Virus record (IMG/VR): IMGVR_UViG_3300023184_000024
Coordinates: 1 to 64,000 of that record
Length of the DNA: 64,000 bases
Strand: one strand, 5' to 3'
In this document: positions 57,624 to 64,000 of the stretch, piece by piece
How positions within the stretch are numbered: the stretch's first letter is position 1
Layout of the letters: each line of letters opens with the position of its first letter
Made by a program: the position numbers and the translations under genes
Notes under the pieces: model-generated
The model's input: only the letters and a program-made list of their open reading frames with translations
What the model was told of the DNA's origin: nothing
The model's database searches: none

Positions 57624-58418
57624 ATGAGTGACTTTTACACAGTGTTGGGTGTTGGCAAAACAGCATCTGCCGACGAAATTAAACGTGCCTATAGGAAGCT
57701 GGCCAGCCAACACCATCCCGACAAAGGTGGTGACACAAAGAAATTCCAGGAAGTTGAAGAAGCTTATCGCACCCTGAGTGATCCGGCACAGCGACAGGCC
57801 TACGACAACCCTCGACCACAGCATAACAGCATGCATGGTCAACATCCAGGATTCAATTTCAACGAAATATTCAATATGTTTGGCGCAAGGTTTGGGCCAG
57901 GCGCGGATCATTTTGCCGGCGGTCAACAACGTAGCGCCAGGATAAGCTTGTGGATAAAACTGTCAGATATTGTTGATGGCGGTCCCAGGGTAATCGGGGT
58001 TAATACATCAACCGGCAGCAAAAACATAGAGATACAAATACCTGCCGGCATTGATGATGGCGATAATGTTCGATATGCACAAATCTTGGATGGCAATGAC
58101 TTAATTGTACAATTCCGTGTACAACCTGAGCCTGGATGGGAACGACAAGGTAGCACATTAATTACCGCAATAACTGTGGACTTCTGGGATTTGATACTGG
58201 GCGGAGAGCCCATGGTAAAAACCTTGAATGATCGAACATTGGCCATGACCATTGCTCCAATGACTCAGCCCGGCACTACCCTGCGTATTCGTGGATTTGG
58301 GTTGCCGGCCAAACAAGGAGGCCCCAAGGGGGACCTGTTAGTAAAACTCAATGCTGAATTACCAAAAAATATTCCTGATAATTTAAAGGATATAATTCGG
58401 CAAACTCGTGGTCAATAA
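57624..58418 (+). CDS. dnaJ: DnaJ-class (type II, CbpA-like) chaperone
   Basis: J domain with HPD; G/F linker; C-terminal IP.G...TQPG..LR..G.GLP; no Zn finger. Confidence 0.9.
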   Translation: MSDFYTVLGVGKTASADEIKRAYRKLASQHHPDKGGDTKKFQEVEEAYRTLSDPAQRQAYDNPRPQHNSMHGQHPGFNFNEIFNMFGARFGPGADHFAGGQQRSARISLWIKLSDIVDGGPRVIGVNTSTGSKNIEIQIPAGIDDGDNVRYAQILDGNDLIVQFRVQPEPGWERQGSTLITAITVDFWDLILGGEPMVKTLNDRTLAMTIAPMTQPGTTLRIRGFGLPAKQGGPKGDLLVKLNAELPKNIPDNLKDIIRQTRGQ

Positions 58419-58484
58419 ATATTTGAGTTTATCGTAGAACTATGCTACAATAACATTGCACTGTAGCTAAAAATTAAGGAAACT

Positions 58485-60746
58485 ATGCAGAACCCGGAAA
58501 TTGAACAAATTGTAGACAATGCAGTCAAGATTGCACGTAGTAAAACTCATGCGTATGTGTTGACCGAGCATTTACTGCTGTCTATGTTGGCCCATGCCCC
58601 ATTTAGAACTGTGTTGGTCAAGTTTGGCACAGATGTAGACATGCTGGAAAAAGAAGTAAACGGATATCTCGACAGTCTAGTCAATCTCATTGACATCAGC
58701 GAGGATCTCAGGCCAAGAAAAACCAATACCTTGGAACGATTGTTTAATCGTGCACTCACGCAGGTGATGTTTACTGGCCGACGTGCTATTACCACAGCAG
58801 ATTTGTATTTGTCAATAATGAATGAATCAAACAGCCATGCACATTATTTCTTGTTAAAATACGGAGTATCCAAACAAGAGTTTATTAAATTCTGGGACTC
58901 TCATTACAATCACAACGATTCCCGCATTGATGATGCGCAGGCCAACGAAATCCTTGAAGAATACTGTATCAACATGTCCGGCCTGGCCCAGGCAGATAGA
59001 TTGGAACCAGTGATTGGTCGCGAACAAGAGTTAGAAGAATTAATCACAGTGCTGGCTCGTAGGTTCAAAGCCAATGTACTCATGGTGGGTGACCCCGGCG
59101 TAGGAAAAACAGCCATAGTTGAAGGACTGGCACAGCGTATTGCAAAAAATACAGTGCCAGAATTTTTAAAGAATCACGAAGTCTGGGGTTTAGAAATTGG
59201 TAATCTGTTGGCCGGCAGTAAGTATCGCGGAGACTTTGAAGAAAAACTCAAGCATATTATCAAGGCCCTGGAACACAAAAAAAATTGTGTGCTGTTCATC
59301 GACGAAGCGCACACCATGAAAGGTGCAGGGTCAACCAGTGGATCCAGTCTGGACTTTGCCAACATGATCAAGCCGGCCATTACCAAAGGTGTGCTCAAAG
59401 TTGTGGCAAGTACAACCTGGGAAGAGTACTACGAAAGCTTTGAAAAGGATCGTGCGTTGATGCGCCGTTTCCATAGACTCAGCATCGACGAACCGTCACG
59501 TGAAAACACAGAAAAGATCTTGATTGGCCTGAGCCCACGTTTGGAAAAGTTTCACAATGTCATGATTGACACTGACGCAATCACAGCGGCAGTGGAACTG
59601 AGTGCAAGATACATTCATGATAAAAAGAACCCCGACAAAAGCATTGATCTAATTGATGCTGCCTGTGCCAGAGAACGTGTCAAGGACCAAGGCAGTGTCA
59701 CCATCAACAAAGATTTGATTCTTGCGCAGGTCAGTCGTATTGCCAATGTGCCAATGGATAGACTGCAAAATGCACAAAGTAAACGAATACTTGAATTGGA
59801 AAGCAATGTCAAACAAAGAATTTACGGCCAAGACCAAGTCATTGAGCCAGTGCTGGAAAGAGTCTACGTTAGTTTTGCCGGGCTGAACAATCCCACTAAA
59901 CCAATGTCTAGTTTCTTGTTTTTAGGACCAACTGGCACAGGTAAAACAGAATTTGCAAAAACTTTGGCAGATAATCTAGACATGAAATTGTTAAAATATG
60001 ACATGAGCGAGTACCAGGAAAAACACACTGTGAGCAGTTTAATCGGTGCACCCCCGGGCTACGTGGGCTACGAAGACAGCAACTTAGCCGGCGGCAAACT
60101 GATCAACGATCTGAGCAAAAATCCATTTTCAATTTTGCTGTTTGACGAAATTGAAAAAGCGCACCCAGATGTCAGTAATATATTGTTGCAAATGTTGGAC
60201 GAAGGCAAGATCACAGGAAGCAACGGCAAGACAGTTGACTGTAAGAACACCATCATCATCATGACTTCAAACTTGGGTGCAAGAGACAACGAAAACAACA
60301 ACATTGGTTTCAGCGTTGATCTAACTCGCACCGGCAGTGAAGACAAGGCTTTGAAAGATTTCTTCAAGCCCGAATTGCGCAATCGCATTGACATGATTTG
60401 TAAATTTAATCCATTGAATCAATTGGCTATTAAGAAGATTGTGGTCAAGTTCATCGACGAACTCAAGCAAAGTTTAGTGGAACGACAAGTTAAACTCAAC
60501 TTCAGCGAAGCTGCCATTGATCTACTGGCCAAAGAAGGCTATGATCCTAAAATGGGTGCAAGACCGTTGTCACGAAAAATTGATGAATTAATACGTGTAC
60601 CATTGAGTCGCAAAATTTTGTTCGAACGTCTTGAAAATTGTGTCGTAGACGTTGATGTTGCTGATGAGAAAATTAAATTTTCTCACATTGATTCCGCTGT
60701 AGTACAACCCAAGGTTGATAATAATGGATACATTGTCCTTGACTAA
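58485..60746 (+). CDS. clpA: ATP-dependent Clp protease ATP-binding subunit ClpA
   Basis: GDPGVGKT and GPTGTGKT; no M-domain; IGF loop; both early (58423-58451) and late (58416) promoters. Confidence 0.92.
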   Translation: MQNPEIEQIVDNAVKIARSKTHAYVLTEHLLLSMLAHAPFRTVLVKFGTDVDMLEKEVNGYLDSLVNLIDISEDLRPRKTNTLERLFNRALTQVMFTGRRAITTADLYLSIMNESNSHAHYFLLKYGVSKQEFIKFWDSHYNHNDSRIDDAQANEILEEYCINMSGLAQADRLEPVIGREQELEELITVLARRFKANVLMVGDPGVGKTAIVEGLAQRIAKNTVPEFLKNHEVWGLEIGNLLAGSKYRGDFEEKLKHIIKALEHKKNCVLFIDEAHTMKGAGSTSGSSLDFANMIKPAITKGVLKVVASTTWEEYYESFEKDRALMRRFHRLSIDEPSRENTEKILIGLSPRLEKFHNVMIDTDAITAAVELSARYIHDKKNPDKSIDLIDAACARERVKDQGSVTINKDLILAQVSRIANVPMDRLQNAQSKRILELESNVKQRIYGQDQVIEPVLERVYVSFAGLNNPTKPMSSFLFLGPTGTGKTEFAKTLADNLDMKLLKYDMSEYQEKHTVSSLIGAPPGYVGYEDSNLAGGKLINDLSKNPFSILLFDEIEKAHPDVSNILLQMLDEGKITGSNGKTVDCKNTIIIMTSNLGARDNENNNIGFSVDLTRTGSEDKALKDFFKPELRNRIDMICKFNPLNQLAIKKIVVKFIDELKQSLVERQVKLNFSEAAIDLLAKEGYDPKMGARPLSRKIDELIRVPLSRKILFERLENCVVDVDVADEKIKFSHIDSAVVQPKVDNNGYIVLD

Positions 60747-61443
60747 TTACACCCTTGAGACATCCAGCACTGATCGGTTGTACTACGATCAGTATGAATA
60801 CTGCATGAAATTTGAATTTTCTGAAATTTGTTGTCTTCGTGGGTTTCCCAAAGACACACAGAGATGTCATACTCATATTGAAACTGCGTATCGTCGACGT
60901 GTGGAATGGAATGATCGATATGATCGGCGCATTAACTACGGCGGTTCTTGGCGGCGAAGACGTGACAAGGAATTTCCCGAGTCGACAAAAGAACTACACA
61001 TTTTAGCCAAAGCTTTGCTTGACAACAACGACTCATACAAACTGGTCAACTACGGGCAATGTGCATTTTTGTACTCGAATAATCTAAATTGGTTGGAACA
61101 AATTTCTATACTGCCCGGGGTAGATCAACCGGCATTTGTCAAAGCAGTGGTATCAAGACCGCGAGATACTGTGGTGTTAAAAAATCCTGCATTTTCTAAC
61201 AGAACTTACTTCAAAGATGTTGTAATTAACAAGTCAGAAAAATCAGCAATTCTTGCGTTTTTTAAACAGCAACAAGATATTAAACTAAGTCCGGGATTCG
61301 CTAAGTGGGTGTCTAGTAACAGTTTATACATCATGCGTTATATGTTTGTTGATCATAACCACAAGGCTTTCCTGACAATGCTGGGATTGATTTGTCCTAG
61401 ATTGGTAAGAAAAACTGTTGATATAATTGAAATAAATAACTGA
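60724..61443 (+). CDS. hypothetical phage protein
   Basis: T.RLYY.QY.Y; long ORF. Confidence 0.75.
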   Translation: MDTLSLTNYTLETSSTDRLYYDQYEYCMKFEFSEICCLRGFPKDTQRCHTHIETAYRRRVEWNDRYDRRINYGGSWRRRRDKEFPESTKELHILAKALLDNNDSYKLVNYGQCAFLYSNNLNWLEQISILPGVDQPAFVKAVVSRPRDTVVLKNPAFSNRTYFKDVVINKSEKSAILAFFKQQQDIKLSPGFAKWVSSNSLYIMRYMFVDHNHKAFLTMLGLICPRLVRKTVDIIEINN

Positions 61444-61445
61444 CT

Positions 61446-61610
61446 ATGGCAAAAATACACGAAGAAGTAGTTGTGATCAAACTCTCAAAACTGATCAAAG
61501 ATAACGATGCCAGCATTGAAATTGCCAATGCTGAAATTGTTGCTGCCTTGCAAAGCATAGCCGAAGAGCTGGCCGGCGCAGGTGTTGTTGTGGAAGCAGA
61601 TCGAGCATAA
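61446..61610 (+). CDS. small late hypothetical protein (54 aa)
   Basis: MAKIHEEVVVIKLSKLIKD...EL.G.GVVVE; TAAATA at 61433; TAATG-coupled. Confidence 0.7.
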   Translation: MAKIHEEVVVIKLSKLIKDNDASIEIANAEIVAALQSIAEELAGAGVVVEADRA

Positions 61611-61978
61611 TGAAGACTACAACGCTACAATTGTTGCCTACTACCACACATGGTACACCATCGGGCAATTATGATGGTAGCAGTCTGGACTGGGCCGGCA
61701 TTGACCAGCAGGCCGCAAATTATTACGGCGGCTTTGGTGGCCTACAAACATTGGCCTATTATCTAAACGGATTTGAAGGCCACATCATTGTTGAAGCCAG
61801 TTTAGAAAGTGAGCCGGCATCGGATGCCGACTGGTTCAAAGTTGATGATTTTGACAGCACTTCATCGGCAACCACCAACAACTTTAGTAGAAACGTAACT
61901 GGCAATTTTACCTGGTTACGTGCTCGCGTTGAACTGTTTTCTGCAGGAACAATTACTAAATTAATGTTGTCTTATTGA
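61610..61978 (+). CDS. virion-type beta-sandwich protein
   Basis: YYG...GLQT...F.G.I..EASL...DWF...GNFTW.RA. Confidence 0.7.
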   Translation: MKTTTLQLLPTTTHGTPSGNYDGSSLDWAGIDQQAANYYGGFGGLQTLAYYLNGFEGHIIVEASLESEPASDADWFKVDDFDSTSSATTNNFSRNVTGNFTWLRARVELFSAGTITKLMLSY

Positions 61979-61979
61979 T

Positions 61980-62414
61980 ATGGATACTTCAACGCTGACA
62001 TTTGATGCAGTGGCATCAGCACCTGGATTAACTCTAACTGTTACTTTTGATCAAGAAACAGTGTTTGATGGCCCAGTAGATGGCAATGTTGTGCATGTAA
62101 AACATCAATTCAATGATGACAGTGACCTCGATCATCTGCTAGAAATTACCATGCAAGGCAAAACCGCCAGAGATACCCAAGTCGACGAGCATGGCAACAT
62201 TGTCAGCGATGTTACATTAACTGTTTCAAATATTGCGCTAGACGACATTGTGCTCAGCAGTTCCTTGCTGGCAAACTGCAATTATCATCATAATTTCAAT
62301 GGCAGTCAACCTGATATCATTGATGAATTTCATGGTATAATGGGCTGTAATGGCACAGTGAAAATACCATTCAAATCGCCAATCTACATTTGGCTGCTTG
62401 AAAACATGGCCTGA
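61980..62414 (+). CDS. beta-rich hypothetical protein (paralog of 6725..7153)
   Basis: GKT..DT.VD..GNI..D...MG.NG...F..P.Y.WLL. Confidence 0.75.
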   Translation: MDTSTLTFDAVASAPGLTLTVTFDQETVFDGPVDGNVVHVKHQFNDDSDLDHLLEITMQGKTARDTQVDEHGNIVSDVTLTVSNIALDDIVLSSSLLANCNYHHNFNGSQPDIIDEFHGIMGCNGTVKIPFKSPIYIWLLENMA

Positions 62415-63394
62415 TGACAACAGTTGATCAACTACACGAAATAGTTTTTGAAGCCACAAGTCATTGTAATCTGCATTGTCCACAATGCGAGCGTTATGAT
62501 CAAGATGGATACCTTCATCCAAAGTTAACCCCTCAACACATCGATTTTGATCTTGTCAAGCAAAACATCAATGTTGCCCAGCTTGTTGGATTAAAGAATG
62601 TAACCTTTGAAGGCAACTACGGCGACATATTGATGCACCCACGTGCTCGAGAGTTGTTTGATTTATTTTCAACAGTGGAACGTGTTGCAGCCACCACCAA
62701 CGGAAGTTTACGCAACAAAGCTTGGTGGGCCGACCTAGGGCGCAACAGCAAAGTTGATGTTATGTTCAGCATAGATGGACTTGAAGATACCAACCATGTT
62801 TACCGCATCAATTCAAACTGGCAACGCATCATGGAAAATGCAGAAAGTTTTATTTCTGCTGGTGGACAAGCATACTGGAAATTTATAGTATTCAAGCACA
62901 ACGAACACCAACTTGATCAAGCAAGAGAACTGAGCAAGACCATGGGCTTCCAAGATTTCCATTGGCAGTACAGTGATCGCAGTTGGTTTCAAGGAAGAGT
63001 TTGGCCTGTCAAAGTTGAAGGGCAGTATCTCTACGACCTAGAACCCGCAAAATCAGTCACTGCCAATACCTCTACTCCAGCTGTGATTACTTTGGACAAG
63101 ATTAAAAAGAAGAATTATACCAATCCTGTGCAGAAGTGTTTTTTGCCACAAGGCAGGCTCTACATCAACAGCAAAGGGCATGTTTTGCCCTGTTGTATGA
63201 CCAGTGGCAAAACCTGGGGGCACGATCTTGAAAGCCGTATGTGGCAACGTTTAATAGGCGACATAAACAGCATTGATCTACATCATCACACACTTGAAGA
63301 TATATTAAACAGTGACTTTTATCAGCATCGTTTGATCAACAGTTTTTCCGGCAGTCCCTACACGCATCCTTCGTGTGTGGCCTATTGCGGATAA
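62414..63394 (+). CDS. radical SAM protein with twitch/SPASM domain (paralog of 40715..41701)
   Basis: CNLHCPQC, GN.GD, TNGS.R...WW, DGLEDT, WKFI.F.HN.HQ, PCC. Confidence 0.9.
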   Translation: MTTVDQLHEIVFEATSHCNLHCPQCERYDQDGYLHPKLTPQHIDFDLVKQNINVAQLVGLKNVTFEGNYGDILMHPRARELFDLFSTVERVAATTNGSLRNKAWWADLGRNSKVDVMFSIDGLEDTNHVYRINSNWQRIMENAESFISAGGQAYWKFIVFKHNEHQLDQARELSKTMGFQDFHWQYSDRSWFQGRVWPVKVEGQYLYDLEPAKSVTANTSTPAVITLDKIKKKNYTNPVQKCFLPQGRLYINSKGHVLPCCMTSGKTWGHDLESRMWQRLIGDINSIDLHHHTLEDILNSDFYQHRLINSFSGSPYTHPSCVAYCG

Positions 63395-63410
63395 CGTATA
63401 AATACCATAT

Positions 63411-64000
63411 ATGAAAAAATTAGTGATTATTCCCGGTGGCTTTCACCCGTTCCATGCAGGACACAAGGCTTTGTATGACAAAGCAGTTGAAGCATTTCCT
63501 TCAGCTGATGTTTATATTGCAGCCACTGATGATCGTAGTGAGCGACCGTTTCCTTTTGCTATCAAGAAAAAACTAGCACAACTGGCCGGTGTGCCACCAC
63601 ATAGATTTATACAAGTCAAGAGTCCGTTTAAACCCGACGAAATTACCAGCCACTATCCTGACAATGATACACAGTTAATATTTGTCAAGAGTCAAAAGAA
63701 TGCCAAAAATGGACCTGATCCTGAAGGACCATTCCCGGCCGAAGTAGATCCCAAAACCGGGCAATTGCCCTTAGTCACTCGCGGTGCTAGAAAAGGGCAA
63801 CCTGTGAGTGATTGGTTGCAGTACTACAAGCGCAATGGCCTTGCCCCAATGAGTCAACACGGTTATTTGAAGTACCTACCTGTGCATGAATTCAATGGCA
63901 TGACATCAGGCAGTGAAATTCGTGCCAAGTGGGCCAACTATGATGATGCTACCAAAGCACAGTTGGTTAACATCATGTACCCAACCACAGTTAATAATCC
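63411..64000 (+). CDS. HIGH-family (cytidyltransferase-like) nucleotidyltransferase, 3'-truncated
   Basis: MKKLVIIPGGFHPFHAGH...PF...SGSEIR; open to the window end; TATAAATA at 63397. Confidence 0.8.
   Translation, partial: MKKLVIIPGGFHPFHAGHKALYDKAVEAFPSADVYIAATDDRSERPFPFAIKKKLAQLAGVPPHRFIQVKSPFKPDEITSHYPDNDTQLIFVKSQKNAKNGPDPEGPFPAEVDPKTGQLPLVTRGARKGQPVSDWLQYYKRNGLAPMSQHGYLKYLPVHEFNGMTSGSEIRAKWANYDDATKAQLVNIMYPTTVNN

Noticed and set aside
1-64000. Alternative genetic code, tRNA or rRNA genes
   Set aside because: Known genes are intact under code 11 and use all three stops; intergenic gaps are short and showed no cloverleaf by eye
1-64000. Bacterial chromosome origin (clpP, clpA, nadE, infA, dnaJ)
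   Set aside because: These genes are interspersed with virion, lysis and T4-like late-promoter features and lack bacterial operon context

Overview
This 64 kb window is from a large (jumbo-type) lytic tailed dsDNA phage. It is about 40-45% GC, densely coded, mostly on the + strand, and uses the standard genetic code. A Bug/TctC solute-binding protein, a 7Fe ferredoxin and a DUF3563-like peptide suggest a betaproteobacterial (Burkholderiales-like) host; this is inference. Two promoter classes are visible in the sequence: early sigma70-type (TTGAC-N17-TATAAT) and T4-late-like (TAAATA). Layout by position: clpP and early host-takeover genes, many with their own repeated promoter cassette (1-22 kb). 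That stretch also holds a late 2OG-oxygenase/B12-radical-SAM operon, a DGQHR+HNH gene pair, nadE, fdxA, infA, sod and erpA. Next is a tail/baseplate module with a Thr-rich collagen fibre, a heme oxygenase and a glycosyltransferase (23-36 kb). Replication and chaperone genes follow, including a split dnaE fragment, groES, a clamp loader and phoH (36-43 kb). Then a ~9 kb late 'sulfation/tailoring' island (43.7-53 kb), a lysis cassette interrupted by a probable capsid-packaged polyprotein (53-57 kb), and dnaJ-clpA plus further radical SAM and nucleotidyltransferase genes (57-64 kb). The best candidate for an undescribed system is the sulfation island: an APS kinase fused to a HIGH nucleotidyltransferase, about 6 sulfotransferase-like proteins, an oxygenase, an ACP-like methyltransferase, SGNH enzymes and a Bug receptor. 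Other strong candidates are the DGQHR+HNH pair and the protease-processed internal head polyprotein. No tRNA, rRNA, CRISPR array, integrase or reverse transcriptase was seen. All family calls come from motifs read by eye, not database searches.
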